From the NCBI RefSeq assembly GCF_024818015.1, contig NZ_CP093908.1:1-32000 (forward strand): a stretch of 32,000 bases of DNA. Reading direction: 5' to 3'. The notes below the pieces were generated by a model, which searched no databases, was not told the origin of the DNA, and saw nothing but the letters and a program-made list of their open reading frames with translations. Positions 18,323 through 29,720 of the stretch are shown in pieces (the stretch's first letter is position 1; every line of letters begins with the position of its first letter). Both the position numbers and the translations under genes were made by a program. Source of the stretch: Candidatus Saccharimonadota bacterium (GTDB lineage Bacteria > Bacteroidota > Bacteroidia > Flavobacteriales > Blattabacteriaceae).

Positions 18323-20908
18323 ATGAATAATAGAAAACTATATGATCATAAAAATGTAGAAAATCAAATATATCAATATTGGATAGATAAAAATTACTTT
18401 TCATCTTATCCAGATAAGAGAAAACCATATACTGTAATAATGCCTCCACCTAATATAACAGGGATATTACATATGGGACATATTCTTAATAACACAATAC
18501 AAGATATTTTAATACGTTATGCTAGAATGAAAGGATATAATGCATGTTGGATTCCAGGGACCGATCATGCTTCTATTGCTACTGAAGCAAAAATAGCTTC
18601 TTACTTAAAGAAAAAAGGTCTTTCTAAAGAAAAAATAGGTAGACAAGAATTTTTAAAACTTGCACGTCAATGGAAAAATAAATATGAACAAATTATTATT
18701 AACCAAATAAAAAAAATAGGATGTTCTTGTGATTGGAATAGGAAGAAATTTACAATGGATAGTATTATGAATGAATCTGTAACAAAAATTTTTGTTAAAC
18801 TATATAAAGAAGGAAAAATATATAGAGATTATAGTATTGTTAATTGGGATCCATATGCTAAAACTACAGTGTCAAATGAAGAAATAATTTATAAGAAATA
18901 TAATGGGAAATTATTTTATATTCAATATAAAATTGAAGGAGAAAATAACTTTTTAACAGTAGCTACTACAAGGCCAGAAACTATACTAGCAGATACTGCA
19001 ATCTGCGTAAATCCAAAAGATAAAAGATATTTGAATTTAAAAAATAAAAGAGTTATTATTCCTTTATGCTCAAGATCAATTCCTATTATTGAAGATGATT
19101 ACGTTGATATGAATTTTGGCACAGGATGTTTAAAAATCACTCCGGCTCATGAAAAAAATGATAAATTAATTGCTGATAGGCATAATTTATCAGTTATTAA
19201 TATTTTTGATGATAGAGCTATAATAAATAAAAATGGATTAATTTTTAATGGGAAAGAAAGATTTAAGGCTAGAGAAGAAATTATTGAATTTCTTAAAAGT
19301 AAAAAAAGATTAGTAAAAATTGAGAATTATATCTATAATATAGGGATTTCTGAACGTACAAAATCTATTATTGAACCAAAATTATCTATACAATGGTTTG
19401 TAAATATGAAGGATTTTATTATTCCCACTTTAAATTTTATAAATAATAAAAAAATTCATTTTTATCCAAAAAATATAAAAAAATTTAATCATTGGCTTTA
19501 TAATATTCATGATTGGAATATATCACGTCAACTTTGGTGGGGGCATAGGCTACCTGTTTATTATTATAATAATGAAGATTTTGTAGTTTCTGAAACAATT
19601 GAAGGAGCTTTAAAAGAAGCGCGTATAAAAAGTGATAAGATTTTTTTATCTTATAAAGAGCTTAGACAAGAAAATAATGTTTTAGATACTTGGTTTTCAT
19701 CATGGTTATGGCCGATATCTGTATTTGATGGAATTAGGTTTCCTAATAATAATGAAATTAAATATTATTATCCTACTCAAAATTTAGTTACTGCACCTGA
19801 TATATTATTTTTTTGGGTAACTCGTATGATAATGTCAGGATATTATCTAATGGGTACTCCACCTTTTAAAAACATATATTTTACCGGAGTTGTTAAAGAT
19901 AAACAAAATCTAAAAATGTCTAAATCTTTAGGTAATTCCCCTAATCCTATTGATTTGATAGATAAATATGGAGCTGATGCTGTTCGTGTTGGGATTTTAT
20001 TAAGTGCTAATACAGGAAATGATTTAATCTTTGAGGAAAATCTTTGTTTAAAAGGACGTAATTTAGCTAATAAAATTTGGAATGCATTTATATTAATAAA
20101 TACTTTAAAATCAGGAAATTGTTTAAAAACAAATATTTACGCTGAATTAGCTATCAAATGGTTTGATAATAAAATTAATAAATTTTTCTATAAAATAGAA
20201 TTTTATCTAAAAAAATATAGATTTTATGAATCATTTATGATGATATATAAATTATTTTGGAATGATTTTTGTTCATTATATTTAGAATTAATAAAATCAA
20301 ATTCAAGATTTTTAAATAAAAAAATAATTAATCAAACTCTTTTTTTATTTAAAAAAATAATAAAATTATTTCATCCTTATATGCCTTTTATAACAGAAAA
20401 AATTTGGAAAAATTTTAAATCAAAAAAAAATGAAAATGATTTAATCATTACAAATTTGCAAAACAAATATTTTTTTAAAAAGAAATTAATAAAAAAATTT
20501 AAAAAATCTATTACTTTTATAAGTATAATACGGAATTTACGTATTCAGAAAAAAATAAAGTTATTAATTTTATCCGAAAATAAAAAAAACTTATTTTATT
20601 CTTTAATTTTAAAATTAGGAAATCTAAGTTCCTTACATGTTTTAAAAAAAAAACCTAAAAAAAAATATTATTCTTTAATATTCGAAACGAAAGAATATTT
20701 TATCCCAAAATTATTAAACTATAATAAATTAGAACAAAAAAAAAAAATATTTATAAAAAAAATGTTTTTAAAACAAATTAAAAATAAAATTTATAATAAA
20801 AAATTTTTAGAACATGCTTTATTAGATATAGTTAAAAAAGAAAAAAAAAAAGAATTAGATTGTCTTAAAAAGATTTTTCTTCTTAAAAAAAAGATAAATG
20901 AATTTTAA
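18323..20908 (+). CDS. valS: Valyl-tRNA synthetase
   Basis: 861 aa. The HIGH motif reads PPPNITGILHMGH, with KMSKSLGN and WNISRQLWWGHR. The C-terminal tail is Lys-rich. Confidence 0.95.
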   Translation: MNNRKLYDHKNVENQIYQYWIDKNYFSSYPDKRKPYTVIMPPPNITGILHMGHILNNTIQDILIRYARMKGYNACWIPGTDHASIATEAKIASYLKKKGLSKEKIGRQEFLKLARQWKNKYEQIIINQIKKIGCSCDWNRKKFTMDSIMNESVTKIFVKLYKEGKIYRDYSIVNWDPYAKTTVSNEEIIYKKYNGKLFYIQYKIEGENNFLTVATTRPETILADTAICVNPKDKRYLNLKNKRVIIPLCSRSIPIIEDDYVDMNFGTGCLKITPAHEKNDKLIADRHNLSVINIFDDRAIINKNGLIFNGKERFKAREEIIEFLKSKKRLVKIENYIYNIGISERTKSIIEPKLSIQWFVNMKDFIIPTLNFINNKKIHFYPKNIKKFNHWLYNIHDWNISRQLWWGHRLPVYYYNNEDFVVSETIEGALKEARIKSDKIFLSYKELRQENNVLDTWFSSWLWPISVFDGIRFPNNNEIKYYYPTQNLVTAPDILFFWVTRMIMSGYYLMGTPPFKNIYFTGVVKDKQNLKMSKSLGNSPNPIDLIDKYGADAVRVGILLSANTGNDLIFEENLCLKGRNLANKIWNAFILINTLKSGNCLKTNIYAELAIKWFDNKINKFFYKIEFYLKKYRFYESFMMIYKLFWNDFCSLYLELIKSNSRFLNKKIINQTLFLFKKIIKLFHPYMPFITEKIWKNFKSKKNENDLIITNLQNKYFFKKKLIKKFKKSITFISIIRNLRIQKKIKLLILSENKKNLFYSLILKLGNLSSLHVLKKKPKKKYYSLIFETKEYFIPKLLNYNKLEQKKKIFIKKMFLKQIKNKIYNKKFLEHALLDIVKKEKKKELDCLKKIFLLKKKINEF

Positions 20909-20963
20909 CGATAAAGAATATTTTTCTTCTATTTTCAAAATAGAAATCTTAATGCCTCTTATT

Positions 20964-21227
20964 ATGAAAAGATCTTACAATTGGTTAAAAAAATATATTT
21001 CTATAATATGTAATCTATTAACGGATATTGGTTTTAATGTTGAAAAATATAAATTGATTTTTATTTATAATTTGGTTTTGAAAACAATTAAAATGATAGT
21101 CGGATTTTGGTTTTAAACACAAAATCTTTTTTCAAAGTATGAAAATCTTAATGATGCTCTCATTGAGAAGACTATTAATAGTTTAAAACTAAGATTTCTA
21201 AAAAAACTAAAAGCGAAAATAAGATAA
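20964..21227 (+). pseudogene. pheT: Relic of phenylalanyl-tRNA synthetase beta subunit: N- and C-terminal ends kept, about 2 kb of interior missing, in-frame TAA at 21114-21116
   Basis: MKRSYNWLKKYI...LLTDIGFNVEKY resembles the canonical PheT N-terminus (MKISYNWLK.Y....LT..G.EVE). In the same frame after the TAA, ..NLNDALIEKTINSLKLRFLKKLKAKIR* resembles the PheT C-terminal end (compare E. coli ..VEALKERFQASLRD). Full-length PheT is about 800 aa. Confidence 0.5.
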
Positions 21228-21253
21228 TTGATATAACTTTCCAAAAAGGAATT

Positions 21254-22312
21254 ATGAAAATTTTAAATAAACCATATTATGGTATATATTTTGGTAAATA
21301 TTATAAATTATTAAAAAATATATTTTTAAATCAAAATTTTTTTTCAAAAAAAATACTTTTATTAGATATAAATACAAAAAAATATTGTTTAGATTATTTT
21401 TTATCTAAAACAAATTTATTTAATAAATATTATTTGATAAATATATTCTCAGGAGAGGAGGAAAAAAATATTGATACTTGTAAAAAAATATGGAAAAAAT
21501 TAATAAAACTAAATGCAGATAGAAATAGTATTGTTATAAATTTAGGAGGAGGAGTAATTACAGATATGGGGGGATTTGCTTGTTCAGTTTTTAAAAGAGG
21601 TTTAAATTTTATTAATATTCCTACTACTCTTCTTAGTATGATTGATGCTTCTATAGGTGGAAAAACAGCTATTAATTTTTTTTCATTAAAAAATGAAATT
21701 GGATTATTTAACGATTCTAAAATAATTTTAATAGATAAAAATTATTTAAAAACCCTATCAGAAGATGAAATAAAATCAGGATTATCAGAAATCCTAAAAT
21801 ATGGATTAATATATGATATTAATTTATGGAATTTATTAAAAATTATAGTTTTTAGCAAAATGAAAGATGAGATTATATATAAATCTATAATTAGAAAATC
21901 TAATATAATAGAAAAAGATTATAAAGAAAAAGGATTAAGAAAAATTTTAAATTTTGGTCATACTATTGGACATGCAATAGAAAGTTATTTTATTTATAAT
22001 TTAAATAAAAGATTATCCCATGGACATAGTATAGCTATAGGAATGATATGTGAATCTTGGATTTCATATAAAATGAAAATTATAAAAAAAACGGAATTTG
22101 AAGAAATATATAACGTATTATCAATTTTATATAAAAAAATTAAAATATATAATTCGGATATATATAAAATATTATATTTTATGAAACATGATAAAAAAAA
22201 TAAAAATAAAAAAATTAAATTTTCTTTAATAAAAGAAATAGGATATTGTTTATATAATATTGAAGTAGATTATGAATTAATAAAAGAAAGTATTAAAAAT
22301 TATCTATTCTAA
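21254..22312 (+). CDS. aroB: 3-dehydroquinate synthase
   Basis: 352 aa. GGGVITDMGGFA, DASIGGKTAIN and FGHTIGHAIE are present. Confidence 0.9.
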   Translation: MKILNKPYYGIYFGKYYKLLKNIFLNQNFFSKKILLLDINTKKYCLDYFLSKTNLFNKYYLINIFSGEEEKNIDTCKKIWKKLIKLNADRNSIVINLGGGVITDMGGFACSVFKRGLNFINIPTTLLSMIDASIGGKTAINFFSLKNEIGLFNDSKIILIDKNYLKTLSEDEIKSGLSEILKYGLIYDINLWNLLKIIVFSKMKDEIIYKSIIRKSNIIEKDYKEKGLRKILNFGHTIGHAIESYFIYNLNKRLSHGHSIAIGMICESWISYKMKIIKKTEFEEIYNVLSILYKKIKIYNSDIYKILYFMKHDKKNKNKKIKFSLIKEIGYCLYNIEVDYELIKESIKNYLF

Positions 22313-22333
22313 ACAAGAAAGCAATTTAAATTA

Positions 22334-24085
22334 ATGAAAATGGATAAAAATCTGTCTGTAGAAGAGAAAAATGAATCTCTTATATTAAAAGATATAATTA
22401 ATATAAATAAAAATGTGAAATTATCAAATTTTGATTGGAGTTCTTATGAACTGGGTTTAAGTAAAGAAGAACAAGAAGAGAGAAAAAAAATGGAAAAATT
22501 GTATTCTGATACTATTTCAAGTATACATGAATTTTATATTTATAATGGGAAAATTATTAAAATAATTGATAGAAATGTTGTAATAGATTTTGGATTTAAA
22601 GCTGAAGGAGTAATATCATTAAATGAATTTCGTGATGAAAAAAAACTACCTAAAGTAAATGATATAATTGAAGTAATTGTCGAGAAACTTTATTATAAAG
22701 GCCGATGTATTATATCTTATAATAAAGCCAAAAAATTAAAATCCTGGGAAATAATACAAGAAAAATTTATTAAAAATGAAATAATAATATTTTTTGTTGC
22801 AGCTCGTACAAAAGGAGGCTTAATAGTAGTTTTATTTGGAATTGAATGTTTTTTACCAGGATCACAAATATATATAAAACCTGTAAAAGATTTTGATTTT
22901 TATGTAGGTAAGACAATGGAAGGAAAAATAGTAAAAATAAATAATAAAAAAAAAAATGTTGTTGTTTCTCATAAAATTTTAATAGAAAAATATATTGAAA
23001 TTAAAAAAAAACAATTAATTTCTAAATTAGAAAAAGGTCAAGTTTTAAGAGGTATAGTAAAAAATATAACACATTACGGAAGTTTTATAGATATAGGTGG
23101 TGGAATAGATGGATTATGTCACATTACAGATATAAGTTGGGGAAGAATAGAGCATCCTTCAGAAAAATTAGAAATTGGTCAAACCATTAATTTTGTGATT
23201 TTATCAATTGATAAAATCAAAAATAGAGTTCAATTAGGTTTAAAACAATTACAGTCTAATCCTTGGAATTCTTTAGAAGATGAAATAAAAAAAGGGAAAG
23301 TAGTTATAGGTACAGTAACTGTTGTAACAGATTATGGAGCTTTTGTTGAAATTTTTCCAGGTGTAGAAGGATTAGTACATGTCTCTGAAATGTCTTGGGC
23401 TAAAAAATTAAGATCTTCACAAGATTATGTAAAAGTTGGAGATAGAATTAAAGTTTTAATATTAAATTACGATATTTCAGATCAAAAAATGTCTTTAAGT
23501 CTGAAAAGACTTACACCTAATCCATGGGAAAATATAAAAACAAAATATAAAATGGGCTCAATTCATATTGTAACTGTTAGAAGCTTTACTAATTTTGGGG
23601 TTCGTTTAGAATCCAAATCCAAATCCAAATACAAATACAAATCCAAATCAAAATTCAAATCAGAATTAGAGTTAGAATTAAAATTCAAATCAGAATTAGA
23701 AGAATTAGAATATTTATTATACAATGATGAGATTTCATGGATTAAAAATCTAAATAATTCTATAGATATATATAAAAAAGGAGATTTAGTTAAACTAATT
23801 GTGTTAGGTTTAGACTTAATTACACGTAAAATAAATTTTGGTAGTAAACAACTAATAAAAAATTTTTGGGATGAAAATATGATAGGTAGTATCCATACTG
23901 GAAAAATTAGAAAATATTTTTATAAAGGAGCTATAATCAAATTAAAAAAAAAAAATATAAAAATTTTTGCGCCTATTTTAAAACATGGTGTAGAACTTAA
24001 AAATCCTAAATTTAAAATTATATATTTTAATTTTAAAATTAAAACATTTTATGTTTCTCATACATCAGATTTTATAAAAAAATAG
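22334..24085 (+). CDS. rpsA: 30S ribosomal protein S1
   Basis: 583 aa with repeated S1 domains, for example [30 protein letters not shown] and [30 protein letters not shown]. It contains a low-complexity hexamer array in a late S1 domain. Confidence 0.9.
   Translation: MKMDKNLSVEEKNESLILKDIININKNVKLSNFDWSSYELGLSKEEQEERKKMEKLYSDTISSIHEFYIYNGKIIKIIDRNVVIDFGFKAEGVISLNEFRDEKKLPKVNDIIEVIVEKLYYKGRCIISYNKAKKLKSWEIIQEKFIKNEIIIFFVAARTKGGLIVVLFGIECFLPGSQIYIKPVKDFDFYVGKTMEGKIVKINNKKKNVVVSHKILIEKYIEIKKKQLISKLEKGQVLRGIVKNITHYGSFIDIGGGIDGLCHITDISWGRIEHPSEKLEIGQTINFVILSIDKIKNRVQLGLKQLQSNPWNSLEDEIKKGKVVIGTVTVVTDYGAFVEIFPGVEGLVHVSEMSWAKKLRSSQDYVKVGDRIKVLILNYDISDQKMSLSLKRLTPNPWENIKTKYKMGSIHIVTVRSFTNFGVRLESKSKSKYKYKSKSKFKSELELELKFKSELEELEYLLYNDEISWIKNLNNSIDIYKKGDLVKLIVLGLDLITRKINFGSKQLIKNFWDENMIGSIHTGKIRKYFYKGAIIKLKKKNIKIFAPILKHGVELKNPKFKIIYFNFKIKTFYVSHTSDFIKK
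23612..23710 (+). repeat. Codon-phased degenerate hexamer array (tccaaa/tacaaa/tcaaaa/ttcaaa, then tcagaa/ttagaa types) encoding [33 protein letters not shown]
   Basis: Read directly from the sequence. (tccaaa)x3 and (tacaaa)x2 are followed by related units. A unit of about 30 bp, aaattcaaatcagaattaga, occurs twice (about 23651 and 23681). Confidence 0.88.
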
Positions 24086-25210
24086 AAAAGGAGTAGTTGT
24101 AGTTATAAATTCTTTATTATTTTTTGTTTTATTTAAACGAAATATTATATATTCAATAGCCTCTATTGAAGTCATCTCAGAAAGACGTTTTCTGAGAAAA
24201 AAAATTGTTTTTAATGTGTTATCATTTAATAATAATTCCTCTTTTCTTGTGCTAGAAGCAACTAAGTCTATAGCTGGATATATTCTTTTATTCGCAATTT
24301 TTCTATCTAATTGTAGTTCCATATTACCTGTACCTTTAAATTCTTCAAATATTACTTCATCCATTTTTGATCCAGTTTCTATAATTGCTGTAGCAATTAT
24401 AGAAAGAGACCCACCATCTTCAATATTTCTAGCAGCCCCAAAAAATCTTTTAGGTTTATGTAATGCGTTAGAATCAACTCCTCCTGATAAAACTTTACCA
24501 GATGTAGGAGAAACAGTATTATATGCTCTAGCTAAACGTGTTATAGAATCTAGTAAAATAACTACATCATGCCCACATTCAACCATTCTTTTTGCTTTTT
24601 GTAAAACAATACTAGCAACTTTTACATGTTTTTCTGCTGGTTCATCAAAAGTTGAAGATACTACTTCCCCATTTACGTTTCTTTGTATATCTGTAACCTC
24701 TTCTGGTCTTTCATCTATTAAAAGAATTATTAAATAGACTTCTGTATGATTATAAGATATTGTATTTGCTATTTCTTTTAATAAAGTTGTTTTTCCAGTT
24801 TTAGGAGGTGCAACTATAATACCTCTTTGGCCTTTTCCTATAGGAGAAAATAAATCTACAATTCTTGTAGAAAGAGTTACTTTTTTTTCTGAAATTTTGA
24901 ATTTTTCATTAGGAAATAATGGAGTTAAATGTTGAAAAGACTTTCGAAAAATTATAGAAGATGGAAAACGTCCATTGATTTGGAAGATTTTTATTAAAGG
25001 AAAATATTTTTCTCCGTTTTTAGGAGTACGAACTTCTCCTCTTATAGTATCACCAGGTTGAATTCCAAAAAGTCTTATTTGAGATTGTGATACGTAAACA
25101 TCATCATCTGATGATAAATAATGAAATCTTAAGAATCCATAATGTTCAGGCATTATTTCTAATACTCCTTCACTAATTACTAGACCTTCAAATTTATATT
25201 CATTCTGCAT
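24065..25210 (-). CDS. rho: Transcription termination factor Rho (lacks the N-terminal helix-bundle subdomain)
   Basis: 381 aa. It starts at the equivalent of E. coli ~residue 48 ([15 protein letters not shown] compared with GVLEILQDGFGFLRS). Walker [32 protein letters not shown] and GSLSIIATA are present. The 3' end overlaps rpsA by 21 nt (convergent). Confidence 0.95.
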   Translation of the reverse strand: MQNEYKFEGLVISEGVLEIMPEHYGFLRFHYLSSDDDVYVSQSQIRLFGIQPGDTIRGEVRTPKNGEKYFPLIKIFQINGRFPSSIIFRKSFQHLTPLFPNEKFKISEKKVTLSTRIVDLFSPIGKGQRGIIVAPPKTGKTTLLKEIANTISYNHTEVYLIILLIDERPEEVTDIQRNVNGEVVSSTFDEPAEKHVKVASIVLQKAKRMVECGHDVVILLDSITRLARAYNTVSPTSGKVLSGGVDSNALHKPKRFFGAARNIEDGGSLSIIATAIIETGSKMDEVIFEEFKGTGNMELQLDRKIANKRIYPAIDLVASSTRKEELLLNDNTLKTIFFLRKRLSEMTSIEAIEYIIFRLNKTKNNKEFITTTTPFLFFYKI

Positions 25211-25215
25211 TTAAA

Positions 25216-26259
25216 ATGATTGTCTTTAAAAAAATCGAAGTTTTAAAAAAAAGATTTTCTGAACTTAGAAAACCTGAAATTCAAAAATCTGTTAAACTTT
25301 ATAAAGAATATAAAATTATTTATAAAATAATTAACTATTATAATAGTTATAAAGAAAAAAAAAAATCTTTAAAAGAAATAGAAGATTTAATTAAATTAGA
25401 TGACGATAAAGAAAAAGAATTATTAGAATTTGCAATTTTTGAAAAAAAAAACAATCTATTAGAATTAGAATTTCTTCTAAAGAAGATAGAAGATCTCTTG
25501 AAGAAGAAGAAGAAGAAGAATAATACGAATAATGTTCTTCTGGAATTAAGGGCAGGAACAGGAGGAGATGAAGCATGTATTTTTGTAGAAAATATATTTC
25601 GAATGTATACTATGTATTTTAAAGAATTATGTTGGAAATATGAAATATTAAATATGCAGCAAGGTACAATAAAAGGTTATAAAGAAATCATTATAGAAAT
25701 ACAAGGAAAAAATGTATATGGGACATTAAAATTCGAATCAGGTGTACATAGAGTACAAAGAGTTCCCTCTACTGAATCACAAGGTAGATTACATACATCT
25801 GCCATAACAGTAGCAATTCTTCCAGAAGAAGATTATAACAATAAGATTAAGATAGTTTTATCAGATATAAAAAGAGATACTTTTAGGGCTAGTGGAGCAG
25901 GAGGTCAACATGTTAATAAAACAGAATCTGCAATACGTTTAACTCATATCCCTACTGGGATAATAGCAGAATGTCAAGAAGAACGTTCACAACATAAAAA
26001 TTATGAAAAAGCAATGAAAGTTTTACGTGCTAGAATTTATCAATCAGAATTGAAAATAAAAAATGAAAAACTTTCTAAAGAGAGAAAAGATCTTATATCT
26101 ACAGGAGATAGGTCCGCCAAAATAAGAACATATAATTATCCTCAAGGAAGGGTAACAGATCATCGTATAAATAAATCAATTTATTATTTAGATAAATTCA
26201 TGAATGGAAAAATAAATGAAATGATAACAGCTCTTAAAATTCTTGAAAAAGATATATGA
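25216..26259 (+). CDS. prfA: Peptide chain release factor 1
   Basis: 347 aa. The GGQ motif reads [14 protein letters not shown]. The RF1-type tripeptide region reads [19 protein letters not shown] is present. Confidence 0.95.
   Translation: MIVFKKIEVLKKRFSELRKPEIQKSVKLYKEYKIIYKIINYYNSYKEKKKSLKEIEDLIKLDDDKEKELLEFAIFEKKNNLLELEFLLKKIEDLLKKKKKKNNTNNVLLELRAGTGGDEACIFVENIFRMYTMYFKELCWKYEILNMQQGTIKGYKEIIIEIQGKNVYGTLKFESGVHRVQRVPSTESQGRLHTSAITVAILPEEDYNNKIKIVLSDIKRDTFRASGAGGQHVNKTESAIRLTHIPTGIIAECQEERSQHKNYEKAMKVLRARIYQSELKIKNEKLSKERKDLISTGDRSAKIRTYNYPQGRVTDHRINKSIYYLDKFMNGKINEMITALKILEKDI
25500..25520 (+). repeat. (gaa/aag) trinucleotide run, 6 consecutive AAG Lys codons, followed by aat aat acg aat aat
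   Basis: Read directly from the sequence. It is in frame with prfA and encodes [11 protein letters not shown], just before the conserved [12 protein letters not shown]. Confidence 0.9.
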
Positions 26260-26681
26260 AAAAAATAGCTATAATAAATGGTCCAAACTTAAACCTTTTA
26301 GGTAAAAGAGAACCAGAAGTATATGGTAAATACAAATTTGAAGAATTTCTTTTTAAATTAAAAAAAAAAATAAAGAATCTTGCTAAGATTTTTTTTTATC
26401 AAAGTAATCATGAAGGTGAAATTATTGATATATTACATAATATAGGTTTTGAATATCATGGGATTATAATTAATCCAGGTGCATATACTCATACTTCTAT
26501 AGCTATAGCAGATGCTATAAAATCTATATCCACTCCTGTAATTGAAGTTCATATTACAAATATTTTTTCTAGAGAAAAAATTAGAAATAAATCATTTATT
26601 ACAGAAGTCTGCAAAGGCAGTATATTTGGATTTGGATTAAATTCTTATAAATTAGGAATTTTTAGTTTTATTAAGAACTAA
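26256..26681 (+). CDS. aroQ: 3-dehydroquinate dehydratase, type II
   Basis: 141 aa. [28 protein letters not shown] and HITNIFSRE are present. There is an ATGA overlap with the prfA stop. Confidence 0.92.
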   Translation: MKKIAIINGPNLNLLGKREPEVYGKYKFEEFLFKLKKKIKNLAKIFFYQSNHEGEIIDILHNIGFEYHGIIINPGAYTHTSIAIADAIKSISTPVIEVHITNIFSREKIRNKSFITEVCKGSIFGFGLNSYKLGIFSFIKN

Positions 26682-26682
26682 T

Positions 26683-26922
26683 TCACTTTTTATAATCGAG
26701 ATATTTTTTTATATATTTATTTACATCATCGACAGTCATGAATTTTTCATCATCAGACATAATAATCTGAAATTCTTTTTCAAATTCCATAATTAGTTCT
26801 ATTGAATCTAATGAATCAGCCCCCAAATCATTTATAAAACTAGCTTCAGGAATAACTTTTTTTTCATCTACCCCTAATTTTTCTATTATAATGGATTTTA
26901 TTTTTAAGAAGATTTCATTCAT
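26683..26922 (-). CDS. acpP: Acyl carrier protein
   Basis: 79 aa. The phosphopantetheine site reads [16 protein letters not shown]. The start overlaps the atpC stop (ATGA). Confidence 0.92.
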   Translation of the reverse strand: MNEIFLKIKSIIIEKLGVDEKKVIPEASFINDLGADSLDSIELIMEFEKEFQIIMSDDEKFMTVDDVNKYIKKYLDYKK

Positions 26923-27202
26923 AATAATATTGTTAATATATTTTTTTTAAAATTTAAAAAACCATAATTAATTTTTACTTTGATAATTGTTGTATTATTA
27001 TTATATGATATATTGATATCAGAATTCTGATAATTTTTCATCAAAAAACTACTATAAATTTTAATTATTCCAGATGAGATCATTGATATCATTGAACAAT
27101 GATTATTTAAAATTTCAAATTTCCCTTTTGAAGATGGTAAAAAAACGGCGTATCCTTCTATCTCAAAGAGAGTTTTTTCTTTTTTTAAAATTAAGATTTT
27201 CA

Positions 27203-27203
<1 letters not shown>
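26919..27203 (-). CDS. atpC: F1 ATP synthase epsilon subunit (short form)
   Basis: 94 aa, immediately after atpD with a TAATG overlap. The N-terminal beta-sandwich pattern is present (..[32 protein letters not shown]). The identification rests on position plus weak similarity. Confidence 0.78.
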
Positions 27204-28741
<1,538 letters not shown>

Positions 28742-28774
28742 TTAAAAAAATTAATATTAATAATAATAATATAT

Positions 28775-29521
28775 ATGTTTTTTAACAAAAAATTATGTCA
28801 ATATTTTTTACATGATAAAAATATTGCTAAAAAAATAGTGAATAGTATTTCTTTTAAAGAATCAAAAACTATTGTAGAAATTGGTCCAGGTATGGGGATA
28901 TTAACACAATATTTATTATTAAATAATAAAAATCTATTTCTTATAGAAATAGACAAAAAATATGTCGAATATCTTAAAATTAAATATCCTATTATAAAAA
29001 ATAATATTTTTAATAAAAATTTTTTAATTTGGAACCCAAAGGATTTTTTTTTAGATTCTTTTACATTAATTGGAAATTTTCCATATAAGATATCATCACA
29101 AATCTTGTTTAAGATAATTAAATATCGTGAATATATACCAGAATGTATAGGAATGTTTCAAAAAGAAGTTGCTGATCGTATTACATCTAAACAGATGAAT
29201 AAATCCTATGGAAAATTATCTGTAATAATGCAAGCCTTCTATAAGATAGAATACTTATTTACAGTTAATAATACTGTTTTTATACCTAAACCTAAGGTTA
29301 AATCGGCAGTTGTAAGAATGTTAAAAAGAAAAGATAATCTTATTCTTAAAGAAGATATTTTTATTAAAATAGTTAAAACAGCTTTTCTTTATAGAAGAAA
29401 AAAATTATATAATTCATTAAAAAAATTATCGTTATCTTCTGAGTTTTATAAAAATCCTCTTTTAAAAAAAAGAGTTGAACAATTATCTGTAAATGATTTC
29501 ATTTTGCTTGCTAGCTTTTAA
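28775..29521 (+). CDS. rsmA: 16S rRNA (adenine1518/1519-N6)-dimethyltransferase
   Basis: 248 aa. KKLCQYFLHDKNI is present, as is the SAM motif VEIGPGMGILT and GNFPYKISS. Confidence 0.9.
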   Translation: MFFNKKLCQYFLHDKNIAKKIVNSISFKESKTIVEIGPGMGILTQYLLLNNKNLFLIEIDKKYVEYLKIKYPIIKNNIFNKNFLIWNPKDFFLDSFTLIGNFPYKISSQILFKIIKYREYIPECIGMFQKEVADRITSKQMNKSYGKLSVIMQAFYKIEYLFTVNNTVFIPKPKVKSAVVRMLKRKDNLILKEDIFIKIVKTAFLYRRKKLYNSLKKLSLSSEFYKNPLLKKRVEQLSVNDFILLASF

Positions 29522-29560
29522 AAAATTTGTTTTTTTAAAAAACAAATTGTATATTTATAT

Positions 29561-29633
<73 letters not shown>

Positions 29634-29643
29634 CTATTTTAAG

Positions 29644-29718
29644 CTCCCCAGGCTGGATTCGAACCAGCGACACCCTGATTAACAGTCAGGTGCTCTAACC
29701 AAACTGAGCTACTGAGGA
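29644..29718 (-). tRNA. tRNA-Asn (anticodon GTT)
   Basis: The reverse complement is TCCTCAGTAGCTCAGTTTGGTTAGAGCACCTGACTGTTAATCAGGGTGTCGCTGGTTCGAATCCAGCCTGGGGAG. The anticodon loop is CTGTTAA and the T-loop is GGTTCGAATCC. It lies 2 nt downstream of the glnS stop on the same strand. Confidence 0.9.
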
Positions 29719-29720
29719 AT

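Noticed and set aside
20736-20747. Long poly(A) tracts inside genes as frameshift or transcriptional-slippage sites: A12 in valS, A11 at about 3025-3035 in rsmH, and A11 at about 20832-20842
   Set aside because: All tracts I checked are in frame, with conserved sequence continuing on both sides. No gene here needs slippage to be read. They remain potential mutational hot spots only.
20898-20963. Upstream part of the 72-aa ORF overlapping the valS stop
   Set aside because: The PheT-like similarity starts only at Met 20964. The upstream 22 codons look like read-through of AT-rich sequence.
24216-24737. 173-aa ORF on the plus strand, the longest unassigned ORF in the track
   Set aside because: It lies entirely antisense to the best-conserved part of rho and has a low-complexity, Ser/Leu/Ile-rich translation with no motif. 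It is typical of a shadow ORF opposite a conserved gene.
26257-26259. UGA recoded as a sense codon, considered because only RF1 is visible in the window
   Set aside because: TGA ends prfA, argH, ilvB, atpC and the ALDH stump at the expected lengths, often in ATGA coupling overlaps. Conserved Trp residues, such as MKLWQK in argH, use TGG. No conserved gene needs TGA read-through. RF2 may simply lie outside the window.
29524-29548. AT palindrome aatttgtttt..aaaacaaatt after rsmA as an intrinsic terminator
   Set aside because: The stem has a single G:C pair and no downstream U-tract, and it sits directly before the tRNA-fMet gene. It cannot be distinguished from chance symmetry in AT-rich DNA.
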